A stretch of DNA of 64,000 bases from Bacteroidales bacterium (GCA_003557385.1 PWON01000093.1:4273-68272); one strand, 5' to 3'; numbered from the stretch's first letter, positions 37,128 to 48,506 are shown. Notes: a model not told the origin generated them from the letters alone. A program made the numbers and translations.

Positions 37128-38063
37128 ATGTATCCGTGGGGCAACAGACGTCGTTTTCATTCTTTGTCAGACAGCTTTCGCCAACAATATGGCACAAGAT
37201 TGCAAAAACTGACCGTCCATGCCGGTTTCACATGTCCGAACCGGGATGGCACCGTATCTGCCGGGGGGTGCACCTTTTGCAATAATGAGGGGTTTAGCCC
37301 ATCTTATTGCGATCCTTCAAAACCCATTCATGTTCAAATTGAGGAAGGATTGACTTTTGTCAGAAACCGTTATCCGCGTGCAAACCGTTTTGTGGCCTAT
37401 TTTCAGACTTATTCAAACACATATGCCCCCCTGCCCAGGCTAAAAGAGATCTACGGTGAGGCGCTGCGGCACCCGGCCATATCAGGATTGGTCATTGGTA
37501 CCAGGCCCGATTGCGTGGATGAAGAAAAACTTGATTACCTGGCATGGCTGGCCAGAAAATATTTCATTAAAATTGAATATGGCCTGGAGTCGTGTTATGA
37601 TGACAGCCTCAAACGGGTGAACCGGGGGCATACATTCCGCCGGTCAGAGGAGGCCATTGCCATGACAGCTAAAAAAAAGCTGTTCACAGGCATTCATCTG
37701 ATCATTGGACTACCGGGTGAAACCCGGAGCCAAATGCTTGCACAGGTTGATACAATTAACCGTTTGCCAATTCAGGCCATCAAGCTTCATCAGTTGCAGA
37801 TTGTGAAAGATACCCCCATGGCCATTGAATACGAACAGAACCCGGATGCCTTTGCCCTGTTTGACCTGGAAGAATATGTTGATTTTGTGGTGGCCTTTTT
37901 AGAGCGACTAAGGCCCGATATTGCTATCGACCGCTTTTCGGGCGAAATTCCTCCGCGGTTGATAACCGGCAAGCGGTGGGGAATGATCCGTTCCGATGCA
38001 GTGATCAGGATGGTGGAAGATAAAATGAATGCGCTGGATACCTATCAGGGCCGGCTAAAGTAG
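37128..38063 (+). CDS. TIGR01212-type radical SAM protein (YhcC-like)
   Basis: 311 aa with [17 protein letters not shown] near the N-terminus and typical length. Confidence 0.8.
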   Translation: MYPWGNRRRFHSLSDSFRQQYGTRLQKLTVHAGFTCPNRDGTVSAGGCTFCNNEGFSPSYCDPSKPIHVQIEEGLTFVRNRYPRANRFVAYFQTYSNTYAPLPRLKEIYGEALRHPAISGLVIGTRPDCVDEEKLDYLAWLARKYFIKIEYGLESCYDDSLKRVNRGHTFRRSEEAIAMTAKKKLFTGIHLIIGLPGETRSQMLAQVDTINRLPIQAIKLHQLQIVKDTPMAIEYEQNPDAFALFDLEEYVDFVVAFLERLRPDIAIDRFSGEIPPRLITGKRWGMIRSDAVIRMVEDKMNALDTYQGRLK

Positions 38064-38148
38064 TCTTGACACGACACTGGTTTTTTCCCGGGTAGATGTT
38101 TTCTCAGGCAGATTTTCTCCCTTGTTTTCGGAGTTCAATGAATTTACT

Positions 38149-38156
38149 TATTTTTG
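38149..38156 (+). promoter_or_regulatory. Candidate -7 box TATTTTTG for the AbgT-family gene
   Basis: TAnnTTTG match 32 nt upstream of the ATG at 38188. It lies inside the longer ORF-track extension. Confidence 0.45.
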
Positions 38157-38187
38157 GGTTCATTTTTTAAGCAAATTACATTCCTGT

Positions 38188-39753
38188 ATGAATAACAATA
38201 ACAACAATAATTTGGTTTCCAATATTTTAGGGTCAATTGAACGGGTGGGCAACAAGCTGCCACACCCGGCGGCTTTGTTTGCCCTTTTTGCGTTTGCCAT
38301 CATATTTTTAAGTGGCCTGGCCACGTTGTTTAACGTTACGGCCATACATCCGGGCACCGGTGAGCGGGTGGAAGCTTTTAACCTGCTTAGCAGGGAAGGT
38401 TTGCATATGATCATGACCAGGATGGTGGTGAACTTTACCTCCTTTGCCCCCCTAGGAACAGTATTGGTTGCCTTGTTGGGCATTGGTGTTGCCGAATCCA
38501 GTGGCCTGATGTCTACCAGCCTGCGCCTGCTTGTTATCTCTGCACCGAAAAAGTTACTGACTTTCGCCATTGTATTTGCCGGCATTTTGTCCAATACTGC
38601 CAGCGAAGTGGGTTATGTTGTCCTTGTACCCCTTGGCGGGATGATATTCCTTGCCGTGGGCCGTAACCCCATTGCCGGGATAGCTGCTGCATTTGCCGGG
38701 GTATCAGGCGGCTATTCAGCCAATCTATTGTTAGGTACCATTGACCCGCTGCTGGCCGGTCTTTCGGAAGAGGCGGCGCGTATTATAGACCCCCTGTATA
38801 ATGTTAATCCTACGGCCAATTATTATTTTATGTTTGTATCCACCTTTTTTATTGCCTACATCGGAACGTGGGTTACCGAGAAAGTGGTGGTGCCGCGACT
38901 AGGGGAATACAAGGGGGAGGCAAAACCCGAAACCATCAAGCAACTGACCGCTGATGAAAAACGTGGCATTAGGGCGACTTTCTGGGCCCTGGTTGTTTTG
39001 GCACTGACACTGCTTTGGAGCGCATTACCCATTGATGGTGGCATCTGGTCATCCATTCCCGGATCCGGTTTTATGCGTGACCCAGAAACCGGAGACCTGT
39101 TGCGGTCACCATTCATGAGTGGTATTGTGGCCATCATATTTGTCGTGGCGGCCATTCTGGGGATCGTTTACGGAATTGCGGCCAAAACCCTCAAAAGCAA
39201 CTATGATGTGATCAATGGCATGGGCAAGTCGATGTCAACCCTGGGTACATATATTGTGCTGGTCTTTTTTGCCGCACAATTTGTGGCATACTTTAACTGG
39301 ACCAACCTGGGGCTGATTTTTGCCATTCAGGGTGCCAATTTTATCGGTTCACTGGAATTGGGCCGCATCCCGATTATGATAGCCCTGGTACTGATCTCTG
39401 CATTTATAAACCTGGTGGTGGGCAGTGCCAGTGCCAAATGGGCCCTGATGGCCCCGGTATTTGTCCCCATGTTTATGTTGCTGGGGTATTCGCCCGAGTT
39501 TACACAATTGGCCTACCGTGTTGGTGACAGTGTAACCAACATCATTGCACCCATGATGTCGTATTTTGCCATGATCGTGGCCTTTATGGAGCGGTATGAC
39601 AAGAAGGCAGGGATCGGTACCATCATCGCAACCATGCTGCCTTATACCATTGTCTTTTTACTGGCATGGCTGGTGATGCTTGTTTTCTGGATACTCCTGG
39701 GAATCCCGATCGGTCCCGGTGCGCCCTTGTTTTATGAACTGCCAGGCTTGTAA
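38188..39753 (+). CDS. AbgT family (p-aminobenzoyl-glutamate-type) transporter
   Basis: About 521 aa and polytopic. The N-terminus ...[22 protein letters not shown] resembles AbgT/MtrF family starts. Starts with MNNNNNNN. Confidence 0.7.
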   Translation: MNNNNNNNLVSNILGSIERVGNKLPHPAALFALFAFAIIFLSGLATLFNVTAIHPGTGERVEAFNLLSREGLHMIMTRMVVNFTSFAPLGTVLVALLGIGVAESSGLMSTSLRLLVISAPKKLLTFAIVFAGILSNTASEVGYVVLVPLGGMIFLAVGRNPIAGIAAAFAGVSGGYSANLLLGTIDPLLAGLSEEAARIIDPLYNVNPTANYYFMFVSTFFIAYIGTWVTEKVVVPRLGEYKGEAKPETIKQLTADEKRGIRATFWALVVLALTLLWSALPIDGGIWSSIPGSGFMRDPETGDLLRSPFMSGIVAIIFVVAAILGIVYGIAAKTLKSNYDVINGMGKSMSTLGTYIVLVFFAAQFVAYFNWTNLGLIFAIQGANFIGSLELGRIPIMIALVLISAFINLVVGSASAKWALMAPVFVPMFMLLGYSPEFTQLAYRVGDSVTNIIAPMMSYFAMIVAFMERYDKKAGIGTIIATMLPYTIVFLLAWLVMLVFWILLGIPIGPGAPLFYELPGL

Positions 39754-39834
39754 TGTGCACGCCAAACACAAGCGGATTATGTCTTTTTGTCCCAAAAGAT
39801 TTATTATTTTTACATCGGGCTTAAGCACACAAAG

Positions 39835-40740
39835 ATGAAAGACATCAGGGCATGTGAGGCCATTCTGGTTCCCGTCGATTTCACGGATGTATCGGATTAT
39901 GCCCTGGATCATGCCATGGCATTGGCCACCATGTTTAATTTCCGTGTTTACCTCCTTCATGTGATCAGCAAAAGGCAAAAGGGTTCGGAAAAAGAGAAGC
40001 AGGCCGAAGAAAGCCTTGGCCGGATAGCTTCCAGGCTGAAGAACGAACATGGGTTAAGGGTCACCCAAAGGGTTATGGACGGCAATGTATTTGATACCAT
40101 TAATGGTGTTGCCGATCACCTGGGTGCTTCTTTTATTGTAATGGGGGTTCACGGAAAAAAGGGCATTCAGCATCTTACCGGCAGCTATCCCTATAAAGTG
40201 GCATGTCGTACCCATGTGCCTGTGCTTGTGGTCAAAGACAAGCACAGGCATGTTGGATTCAGAAACATTGTGGTTCCCGTAGACTTTTCAAAACGCAGTG
40301 CCCAAAAGATCACGCAGGCCATACGCTTCTCGAAGGTTTTTGGAGCCACAGTCAGGGTGTTTGGTTTTTTGTCATCAGAAAACAAGGCGAAGATCATCAA
40401 TAAAGAAGCCCTGCTGAAAAGTGTAAACGACATTTTTAAGGAAAACAATGTCCCGGTGACCACTCATCTTATGGTCAACCCGGATTATAACTGGCCGGAG
40501 GCCTTGCTTGTTTTCGGAGAACAGGTCGATGCGGATCTTTTTATGATCGTTGCTGAGCGGGGCGGCCGGATCCAGGATATTTTTTCTCCCAATAAGACCG
40601 AACGTATCCTGGACAAGACAGACGTTCCTGTGCTGACCGTTATGCCTTGCGCCGAAGACCTGGCGGCTGAGGCCGCATCTGCGAATAAAGGCCTGATCAC
40701 CCCCTTTGTAGACCCCTTGGGATTGATCGTTAAGGAATGA
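39835..40740 (+). CDS. Universal stress protein, tandem Usp domains
   Basis: About 301 aa with two repeats of ILVPVDFS...VMG.HG...GS...V....PVLVV architecture. Confidence 0.8.
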   Translation: MKDIRACEAILVPVDFTDVSDYALDHAMALATMFNFRVYLLHVISKRQKGSEKEKQAEESLGRIASRLKNEHGLRVTQRVMDGNVFDTINGVADHLGASFIVMGVHGKKGIQHLTGSYPYKVACRTHVPVLVVKDKHRHVGFRNIVVPVDFSKRSAQKITQAIRFSKVFGATVRVFGFLSSENKAKIINKEALLKSVNDIFKENNVPVTTHLMVNPDYNWPEALLVFGEQVDADLFMIVAERGGRIQDIFSPNKTERILDKTDVPVLTVMPCAEDLAAEAASANKGLITPFVDPLGLIVKE

Positions 40741-40774
40741 CAGGTTTGGTTAGCGTTCATAATACACAGGATTA

Positions 40775-41938
40775 ATGATTGACTTCGATAATACGGAGAT
40801 CGCATTCCGGCACAGGGATGCAAAAAACCTCAAAAAAGCGTATTGGTTGTTCAGGTTGGTGGCGAGCCCCTGGTTGGTAAAAATGGGTTCATTTCTTTTA
40901 CACATTGCTTTATGGTTGCGTATCCCTGTTGAATGGGCCCTCAGGCCGACCGTATTCAGCCATTTTTGTGGAGGGGAGACCATGCATGCCTGTAATGAAA
41001 CTATACAGCAATTGGGGCAATTTAATGTTCTGACCATTTTGGATTATTCTGCCGAAGGCAAAGAATCCGAAGCCGACTTTGAATATACCAGGGGGCAGAT
41101 CATGAACACCATAGACAAGGCCTCCGCGGAACCATTTATTCCTTTCGCGGTATTTAAGCCCACGGGCCTGTCCCGTTTTGCTTTATTGGAAAAAGTACAA
41201 ACGGGCCAACGTCTCTCCGGATCGGAACAAGCTGAGTATGAAAGGGTCAAAGCGCGTTTCAATGAGATATGTGCCTATGGGGCAAGTAAAGGAGTTCCGG
41301 TAATGATCGATTCCGAAGAAAGCTGGATACAGGAGGTGGTAGATGTTTTGGTGGAAAGCCTCATGTTCCGGTACAACTCTAAAAAACCCATTGTCTACAA
41401 TACGTTGCAGATGTATCGCCACGACCGCTTGCACTATTTACATGATTTCATCGGCCGGGCACGCCAAAAGCGTATTTTTCCAGCCTTTAAACTGGTGCGT
41501 GGGGCATATATGGAAAAAGAAAGGGAGCGGGCACAAAAAATGGGGTATGCTTCCCCGATTTATCCGGATAAAGCATCCACAGACCAGGCTTTTGATGAGG
41601 CCACGGCCTTGTGTTTGGAGCATGCCGGACATGTTGCCGTATGTATTGGTACCCATAACGAGCTCAGTTGTACCAGAGCAGCAGAAATTATGCGCAGTTA
41701 TTCCCTGCCCAAACATCACCCGCATGTTTCGTTTGCCCAGTTGCTGGGCATGAGCGATCATATATCTTATAACCTTGCGGCCGCCGGTTACCGTGTATCC
41801 AAATATGTTCCGTACGGTCCTTTAAAAACAGTGGTTCCCTATCTGATCCGCCGGGCCGAGGAAAACACTTCGGTAGCCGGGCAAACTTCCCGAGAACTTT
41901 TCCTTATCAAAAAAGAGATCCGGCGCCGCAGGGGCTGA
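40775..41938 (+). CDS. Proline dehydrogenase family protein (monofunctional PRODH)
   Basis: 387 aa of TIM-barrel PRODH-like sequence, with the C-terminal motif YLIRRAEENTSV. Confidence 0.8.
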   Translation: MIDFDNTEIAFRHRDAKNLKKAYWLFRLVASPWLVKMGSFLLHIALWLRIPVEWALRPTVFSHFCGGETMHACNETIQQLGQFNVLTILDYSAEGKESEADFEYTRGQIMNTIDKASAEPFIPFAVFKPTGLSRFALLEKVQTGQRLSGSEQAEYERVKARFNEICAYGASKGVPVMIDSEESWIQEVVDVLVESLMFRYNSKKPIVYNTLQMYRHDRLHYLHDFIGRARQKRIFPAFKLVRGAYMEKERERAQKMGYASPIYPDKASTDQAFDEATALCLEHAGHVAVCIGTHNELSCTRAAEIMRSYSLPKHHPHVSFAQLLGMSDHISYNLAAAGYRVSKYVPYGPLKTVVPYLIRRAEENTSVAGQTSRELFLIKKEIRRRRG

Positions 41939-42008
41939 AAAAAGTCAGGCACTGCAGGGGCTGATTCTTATTTGCGTGGCTGTGACCATCCGAACAAACA
42001 GCAAACAA

Positions 42009-42836
42009 TCATGATTTTCCGGCAAGGGATCGCTGCCTGACTGCCTCAAAGCACAATATGGCCACGGAGGCTGAAACATTCAGCGAATCTATAGACCCTG
42101 CCATGGGTATGCGGATACTCTGAAAAGTCTTGGTTTTCCATACGTCCGACAGTCCTTTGTCTTCGGCCCCGAAGACAAGAACGGTGGGACCTTCCATGTT
42201 TGCCTCGAAATATGACATGTTTGTTTGTAATGATGCCAGAAAAACCTCGGGTTTCTCAGCACCCCGGATTTTATGATCATTGAGCCAGCAAATCACTTCC
42301 CCGCTGCTGCAAATCGCGACAGGGACCGTAAAAACACATCCAAGGCTTGCCCTGATGGCATTTGGGTTGTACAGATCGGTTTTACAATCGGCCAGAATGA
42401 TGGCCGTTACCCCTGCTGCATCCGCTGTACGAATTATGGCCCCCAGGTTCCCTGGTTTTTCCAAACCTTCCAGGACCAGCATGAGGGGATTTTCCGGCAT
42501 TGTCAGTTCCTGAAGGCCATGCATGTGTTGTTTGCCTATCATCATCACACCTTCGGCATCTTTCCGGTAAGCGAGTTTGTTATACACAACACGGCTTACC
42601 CGGGTAATTGGATGTGTTTCTGACTGATCGGTTCCGACCGGATAGTCCGGGTCGTTTTCAAATAAGTCTTCGCAAAGCAAAACATGCAATGGTTCATAGT
42701 TTCGGGTCAGGGCCAGGGATACTTCGCGACGCCCTTCGGCAACAAACAGGCCGTTTTGTTTTCGAACGGCAGATTTTTTCTGAAGTTGAAGGACCTGTTT
42801 TACCAGGGGGTTTTGGATGCTTGTTATATGGATCAT
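42009..42836 (-). CDS. TrmH/SpoU family RNA 2'-O-methyltransferase
   Basis: 275 aa with an N-terminal substrate-binding domain and a SpoU core (LEGLEKPGNLGAIIRTADAAG, SLNVSASVAI). Confidence 0.85.
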   Translation of the reverse strand: MIHITSIQNPLVKQVLQLQKKSAVRKQNGLFVAEGRREVSLALTRNYEPLHVLLCEDLFENDPDYPVGTDQSETHPITRVSRVVYNKLAYRKDAEGVMMIGKQHMHGLQELTMPENPLMLVLEGLEKPGNLGAIIRTADAAGVTAIILADCKTDLYNPNAIRASLGCVFTVPVAICSSGEVICWLNDHKIRGAEKPEVFLASLQTNMSYFEANMEGPTVLVFGAEDKGLSDVWKTKTFQSIRIPMAGSIDSLNVSASVAILCFEAVRQRSLAGKS

Positions 42837-42870
42837 CTTCGCTTATAATGTAAGAAGGATTGGTTGTTGT

Positions 42871-45309
42871 TTAAAGGATTGACCGGGTTTTGGTGTTTTG
42901 CCGGAATATTTTGCGATGAAAAACAAACATGGAAGATGCGATCAGATAGCAGCTTACCGCGATGGCCATAACGGTCATAAATCCGGATTCTACGGCAATC
43001 ACCATGGCCAGCGATGTGCTGATTACGGAAAAAGAGCCGTTAATGCCCCAGGCCCAAGGTGTCTGGCTGATATCATATTCCGATATATATCGAATACCCA
43101 GGGGAAACATCATTCCTTTAAAATAAGACGGAATGCCTATCAGCAGCAAGCTTATGATGATCTTTACCGGCAAGCTGCCGGCAATGGTCCCTTGAAGCAC
43201 GGGGGTCAGCAAAAACGTATAAGCCAACAGCATGATAGCAATGATTATGCCGATCAGGGCCGGCAAACGCGGAATGGCCGGAAGTTTGCCTGAGGTTAAG
43301 CTACCCAGTCCACTGGCTACGAGCATGGTGCTTATTACGGCAGAAATGGCATATGCAGGATGTCCGAAATACAGGACGAAGCGTTGTATGAGGATGATTT
43401 CCACAAACATATAACCTATGCCCAGTGCACCGAAATACATAAGCGTACCTCCTTTGCTTTTCTGGCTTTTTCGAAGTCTGAGCAAGGGAAGGATTATAAA
43501 AACCAAAGCCAATATGGTACTTTGTGCCAGGGTAACCAATACAATCAGATACCCAAGTTCCAGAAAAGGCACTTGCCCACTGCCAAATATTTCAACCATT
43601 CGAGGGATATTCTTTAATTTCAGAAACTGTGAGAAATACGGTTTGTTATCCCTGGCCGGGTGTATCATAAAACCGTACTCTTCCATAAAACCTTCTTCAC
43701 CGGCCATAATGTTGTCCACATAAGAAAAAAAGTCTTCATCTTCTGCTGCATTGAACCGTTGTCTTTCTTCGTCCTGGATGTCAGGTAAAAGCAGGGGGTC
43801 AAAATATAGCCTGGCTGAAAATGCGCGGATGTTTTTGATCTCTCCCCGGGTAAGGGGGGATTTTTTCAGTACATATGTGATCGTGCCCCACGACCTGACG
43901 GCAGCTATGTGCTGCCCGGGTTTGGAAACTCCTTTTTCTGACAGGGTTTGCACCAGGGTGGACAATAGTTTAAGGGAGGTCCTTGCAGGGTAATCGATCC
44001 AGGTGGATACAGCAATAAGCCCATCATCGGACAGGTGCTCCCACATCAGGCTGAATGATTCCAGTGTCATGGTATAATTCTCCTGCAGTGCATTGATGCC
44101 GGCATTTCCGCCAAAAGCATCCTGCTGAGGCAACAAGATCAGGTCATATTGTTTTCCGGAAACGGATGCCAGGAAATTTCTAGCCTCCTTCGTGTGAATG
44201 TGTAACCTGTCATGCAGGAACAGTCCGCCTGACTCTTCTGAAAATACCGTCTTCATCATTTTTACCACCCCTGCATTCGGAATGATGGCGTCCACATGAG
44301 AAGGCTGATGAGAAAAAGCATGCGCCAATGGGGCGCCTTCCCCTGCATTGATCATTAAAACCTTGCTGCCTTTTTTTATCGCCCAGGGCAAAGCCTGGGT
44401 GGTATAGTCCAGAATATGGTTTTGTTGTCCGCATGAATATCGTGGGATGACCCCATAAAAATCACCGTTCACAAAAATATTTTTTTTAACCGGAACATCA
44501 CCCGTAAAAGACAGGCTGAGTGCCGGGGCAAATCGCAAAGCAGGCGATGAAACCACTTCCACAAGCCCGTGGATGTCAGGCTTTCGGTGGATTATTTCTG
44601 CTTCGGGCAAATTCATGGCCTGAGCCAGCCCTTTGTATTGGGAAATGGGAACCTGACCAGGTTCCCGGATAATGAAAATGGCCGTAAATATGGCTAATAT
44701 TCCGGCAACTAAATGCAGGCTGAAATATTTTCTGTTGATGCAAAGGAGTCCGGCGGCAACCGACAAAAGCCCTGCCAGGGGTGGTACCGACTGGGGGTAA
44801 ACTTTTCCTAAAACGAACAACACAAGCAGTCCGCCAATGCCTGAACCCAGCAGGTTGGAAAAATAATAAGTGCCTATTTCACGGGTGTGTTTGATAAACA
44901 GGATGCCGATGGCCAGGGCCCCGGCAAAAAATGGCACAAAAAATATCAGATAATTGGCTGCGAGCACAGGAAATTGAGAACTTTCAACAAACAAAAGATA
45001 TACATCAAACTGAAAAACCCCGGCCCTGGTAATCGGGAAGGCGATCATCATGCATAGTCCGCTGACAGTCATTAACAGGGGAACAAGCCAATGGGATATT
45101 GCCAGCAGCCTTTCCCTGGCCAGGGCCAGCAGGGTTCCACTTGCCCCAAAGCCAAGCATGGCTATCGAAATGATCATGTAGGCAAAATGATGCCATTGCA
45201 CTATAGAGATCAATTGCATCAGTGCAAGCTGAAAAGCTATGATCGCTGCTGAATGTAAAGCCAGGCTGATGATCAACCTCTTGCCTGCACGCTCAGGGGG
45301 AAAACTCAT
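42871..45309 (-). CDS. Polytopic membrane protein with central spermidine-synthase-like (class I MTase fold) domain
   Basis: 812 aa with hydrophobic multi-helix blocks at both ends. The central soluble region has KVLMINAGEGAPLAHAF and YDLILLPQQDAFG in the positions of the SpeE glycine loop and acidic loop. The canonical GGGDG loop is not conserved. Confidence 0.6.
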   Translation of the reverse strand: MSFPPERAGKRLIISLALHSAAIIAFQLALMQLISIVQWHHFAYMIISIAMLGFGASGTLLALARERLLAISHWLVPLLMTVSGLCMMIAFPITRAGVFQFDVYLLFVESSQFPVLAANYLIFFVPFFAGALAIGILFIKHTREIGTYYFSNLLGSGIGGLLVLFVLGKVYPQSVPPLAGLLSVAAGLLCINRKYFSLHLVAGILAIFTAIFIIREPGQVPISQYKGLAQAMNLPEAEIIHRKPDIHGLVEVVSSPALRFAPALSLSFTGDVPVKKNIFVNGDFYGVIPRYSCGQQNHILDYTTQALPWAIKKGSKVLMINAGEGAPLAHAFSHQPSHVDAIIPNAGVVKMMKTVFSEESGGLFLHDRLHIHTKEARNFLASVSGKQYDLILLPQQDAFGGNAGINALQENYTMTLESFSLMWEHLSDDGLIAVSTWIDYPARTSLKLLSTLVQTLSEKGVSKPGQHIAAVRSWGTITYVLKKSPLTRGEIKNIRAFSARLYFDPLLLPDIQDEERQRFNAAEDEDFFSYVDNIMAGEEGFMEEYGFMIHPARDNKPYFSQFLKLKNIPRMVEIFGSGQVPFLELGYLIVLVTLAQSTILALVFIILPLLRLRKSQKSKGGTLMYFGALGIGYMFVEIILIQRFVLYFGHPAYAISAVISTMLVASGLGSLTSGKLPAIPRLPALIGIIIAIMLLAYTFLLTPVLQGTIAGSLPVKIIISLLLIGIPSYFKGMMFPLGIRYISEYDISQTPWAWGINGSFSVISTSLAMVIAVESGFMTVMAIAVSCYLIASSMFVFHRKIFRQNTKTRSIL

Positions 45310-45311
45310 GG

Positions 45312-46025
45312 TTAATCGGCTCTTTCAAAAGGGACAAAACGGACCGGCATCAAGCTGCGTGTGGTAATTCCCCCGTCTTCCTTTTTCTCAACAAGCATAA
45401 GGTGTTGCATCTGAAAGGGCGACCCGACGGGGATAATCATTCGTCCGCCGGGTTTAAGTTGCTCAACCAGTGGCGGAGGGATGTATTCTGCAGCAGCGGT
45501 TACCACAATGGCATCAAAAGGGGCCTGTTCCTCCCAGCCATAGTAGCCGTCTGCAATCTTTACGTGCACATTGTCGTATTGGGCCTCCAGTTTCCGACGT
45601 GCCTGTTTGCCCAATGCACCGATGATCTCAATGGTGTAAACCTGGTCTGCAATTTCGGCAAGTATTGCAGCCTGATAACCTGAACCGGTACCTATTTCAA
45701 GAATTTTGTGATCGGGTCGCGGTCGGATGATCTCAGTCATGTAAGCAACGATGTATGGCTGCGATATGGTTTGTCCGTATCCGATCGGAAGGGGCCTGTC
45801 CTGATAGGCAAAGCGTATTTGGGCAGCTGGGACGTACAAATGCCGGGGAACAGCACGCATGGCTTCAAGGGTGGCTTGATCACGAATGCCCCTGGCACGT
45901 ATCTGGCTTCGCACCATGGCATTACGCTCTCTTTCAAAAGAATTGGCCAGCACTTCGGGACAGATGAAGAGCAGCAAAAGCAGCAGGGAGAATATTGTTT
46001 TTCGGTTCATTTGCTCAGGCTTCAC
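45312..46025 (-). CDS. pcm: Protein-L-isoaspartate O-methyltransferase with N-terminal signal-peptide-like segment
   Basis: 237 aa with a core ILEIGTGSGYQAAILAEI motif and QPYIVAYMTE. The N-terminus [29 protein letters not shown] looks like a signal peptide or anchor. Confidence 0.85.
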   Translation of the reverse strand: MKPEQMNRKTIFSLLLLLLFICPEVLANSFERERNAMVRSQIRARGIRDQATLEAMRAVPRHLYVPAAQIRFAYQDRPLPIGYGQTISQPYIVAYMTEIIRPRPDHKILEIGTGSGYQAAILAEIADQVYTIEIIGALGKQARRKLEAQYDNVHVKIADGYYGWEEQAPFDAIVVTAAAEYIPPPLVEQLKPGGRMIIPVGSPFQMQHLMLVEKKEDGGITTRSLMPVRFVPFERAD

Positions 46026-46076
46026 TTATGAGCAAATATAATGCTTTGGCGAATCAATAACAAATGTGTGCCGGGC

Positions 46077-47162
46077 TCACATACGCAGCAAAAATTCCAT
46101 AGTATCAATCCCATCGGCGTAATTCCAGGGAGCGGGATGTTGCGTTTCCCCAAATGCAACCATATCAACAGCACCCAGGTTATGGTCATGTTTACTGGCC
46201 AAGCATTGTAAACGATCCTGGTATTTGTTAATTATTTGTGCTGCCTCGGTAAAATCTTTATAAAACCAGTAATGCAACACCGGCACCGGAGAGGCAAGTT
46301 CGGGGTTTTCCCGAAGAAGAATATGTCCGGCATCTGTAAATGGAGTGACATTTGCCTTCAAAAAGGCTTTGTGATAAAGGAGATTATGCAGGTATTTCTT
46401 GTTTTCTAAAACATACCGGTAAAGTTCCCAGGCTTTAAGAAGACGGTTCAGGTCAAAGTCTCCCGGTAACAGCAGGAGTGAAATGTTTCGGCAACCTTTT
46501 CCGTAATAGGAAAAAATGTCCATACCCAGTAGTTCAAGGTCCTGTGTTGATTCATTGCCACTCAGCAGGGCTGCTGAGTTCCTGTTTTTCCTGATAATAT
46601 GCGGGGTGTTTGCGAAATAATATTCAAAATAACGGGCACTGTTGTTGCTGCCTGTGGCAATGACGGCATCTGCTTTTTTACTATGCCGGGCCGACATTTC
46701 AATACGATCCACAAGGCTGGCATCCAACGCAGTCAGGACATCTGCAACGGCCACCGGCAACTGGTCATCCTGCGTGGAAAGCTTCCCCGAAAAACAGTGT
46801 CCGGACATCAGTACACAAAGCATGTCGTGAAAACCTACCAGGGGTATGTTGCCGGCCATGATTACAATTACTTTCCGGGGGGTACTGATCTCCTTGCCCA
46901 GCCCTGGGTATCGGCCAACCCATTTGTTCAAAACGGATGTACGGAGCATATCGGAAAGGGCCTCAAATGCCCTGGCGATTTCACCAGTGGTGAACCAGGG
47001 ATTATGGTTGGCGGTGCGGAGAGCTGCCTGGTAAAGATGCCGGGGCAAGTCCGGGAGTTGGTGTGTAGCCTGGTCATTTAGCCTTAGTGCATTGGCTGTT
47101 TGTCGCATATGATCGCCCAGCGAAGCAAAAGTATGGATCCTATTATTAATTGTTTCCTGCAT
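46077..47162 (-). CDS. LuxC-like acyl-CoA reductase family protein (tentative)
   Basis: 361 aa. The assignment rests on my recollection of similar ~350-aa Bacteroidota proteins divergent from serC. No diagnostic motif was verified. Confidence 0.45.
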   Translation of the reverse strand: MQETINNRIHTFASLGDHMRQTANALRLNDQATHQLPDLPRHLYQAALRTANHNPWFTTGEIARAFEALSDMLRTSVLNKWVGRYPGLGKEISTPRKVIVIMAGNIPLVGFHDMLCVLMSGHCFSGKLSTQDDQLPVAVADVLTALDASLVDRIEMSARHSKKADAVIATGSNNSARYFEYYFANTPHIIRKNRNSAALLSGNESTQDLELLGMDIFSYYGKGCRNISLLLLPGDFDLNRLLKAWELYRYVLENKKYLHNLLYHKAFLKANVTPFTDAGHILLRENPELASPVPVLHYWFYKDFTEAAQIINKYQDRLQCLASKHDHNLGAVDMVAFGETQHPAPWNYADGIDTMEFLLRM

Positions 47163-47344
47163 TTATCCCTTACGCTATGTTCAACGCTGAACCCCAAGGT
47201 ACGGAAAATTTTTACGGCTTTTCTTTTCCCAATGGTTTTATTTTCCCATATTTGCAGTGTAAGCACCCCAACATGCCGTTTGGGCCCTAAAGTGTTTTTC
47301 CCAGCTATATCGGAACCATATTATTCACCCAAAAATAAATAGAT

Positions 47345-48418
47345 ATGAAGAAACATAATTTTAGCGCCGGACCTTCGATTCTGGCAAAGGAAGTTATCGA
47401 AAACACCGCAAAAGCGGTTCTTGACTTGAACGGCATTGGTATGTCTGTAATGGAAATTTCTCATCGCGGCAAGGATTTTCAGGCCGTGATGGACGAAACC
47501 GTTGCCCTTTTCAGGGAATTGCTGGATATTCCGGCAAACTATCATGTGCTCTTTCTGGGGGGCGGTGCCAGCATGCAGTTTTGCATGGTTCCCTTTAACC
47601 TGTTGAACAAAAAAGCTGCTTACCTCGAAACCGGAACCTGGGCCAAGAAAGCGATCAAGGAAGCCAAAGGGTTTGGTGAGGTGGATGTGGTGGCTTCTTC
47701 GGCCGACAAAAATTTTAATTACATTCCAAAAGCATTTGAGATTCCTGAGGATGCTGACTACTTCCACATCACTACAAACAATACCATCTTTGGTACTGAA
47801 ATCTTCGAAGATTATGACAGCCCGGTACCCCTGGTGGCGGATATGAGTTCAGACATTTTCAGCCGTCCCGTTGATATATCTAAATACGCCATCATTTATG
47901 GCGGTGCCCAAAAGAACCTTGGACCTGCCGGTGCCACTTTTGTGATTATCCGCGATGATATCCTGGGCAAGGTGGACAGGTATATTCCCACAATGCTCGA
48001 TTACAATACCCACATCGACAAGGGTTCGATGTTTAATACCCCCCCGTGTTTGCCCATATATGCCTGTATGGAAACCCTTCGCTGGCTAAAAAAACTTGGT
48101 GGGGTTAAAGTGATGCAGAAAATGAACCGGGAAAAAGCCGCACTGCTTTACCAGGAGATTGACCGCAACCCATTGTTTGTGGGAACTGCTGAAAAAGACA
48201 GCCGTTCTATTATGAATATCTGTTTTGTCATGCAGGATGAGTACCAGGCCCTGGAAAAAGATTTCCTCGAGTTTGCCCTTGCTAAAGGGATGGTGGGCAT
48301 CAAGGGCCATCGTTCGGTGGGCGGTTTCCGCGCATCGACCTATAATGCCATGCCGAAGGAAAGTGTCCAGGCCCTGATAGATGTGATGCAGGCCTTTGAA
48401 AAGCAGCATGTGAAATAA
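47345..48418 (+). CDS. serC: 3-phosphoserine/phosphohydroxythreonine aminotransferase
   Basis: 357 aa with an [17 protein letters not shown] start typical of SerC and conserved length. Confidence 0.95.
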   Translation: MKKHNFSAGPSILAKEVIENTAKAVLDLNGIGMSVMEISHRGKDFQAVMDETVALFRELLDIPANYHVLFLGGGASMQFCMVPFNLLNKKAAYLETGTWAKKAIKEAKGFGEVDVVASSADKNFNYIPKAFEIPEDADYFHITTNNTIFGTEIFEDYDSPVPLVADMSSDIFSRPVDISKYAIIYGGAQKNLGPAGATFVIIRDDILGKVDRYIPTMLDYNTHIDKGSMFNTPPCLPIYACMETLRWLKKLGGVKVMQKMNREKAALLYQEIDRNPLFVGTAEKDSRSIMNICFVMQDEYQALEKDFLEFALAKGMVGIKGHRSVGGFRASTYNAMPKESVQALIDVMQAFEKQHVK

Positions 48419-48441
48419 TGCCTTCATTTTATGACAAACAT

Positions 48442-48483
48442 CCTTTCCCCACCTGTTGAAGGCAGCTGGGGGAAGGCTTTTTA
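48442..48483 (+). terminator. Hairpin plus short T-run between serC and serA (terminator or attenuator)
   Basis: 10-bp stem CCTTTCCCCA (48442-48451) / TGGGGGAAGG (48467-48476, one G-U pair), followed by CTTTTTA. Confidence 0.5.
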
Positions 48484-48506
48484 TAAATCCATAAACATAA
48501 ATAATC

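Noticed and set aside
41928-41964. 11-nt direct repeat GCAGGGGCTGA (41928-41938 and 41954-41964) at the 3' end of the proline dehydrogenase gene.
   Set aside because: It is short, occurs only twice, has no associated inverted repeat or mobile gene, and is probably chance.
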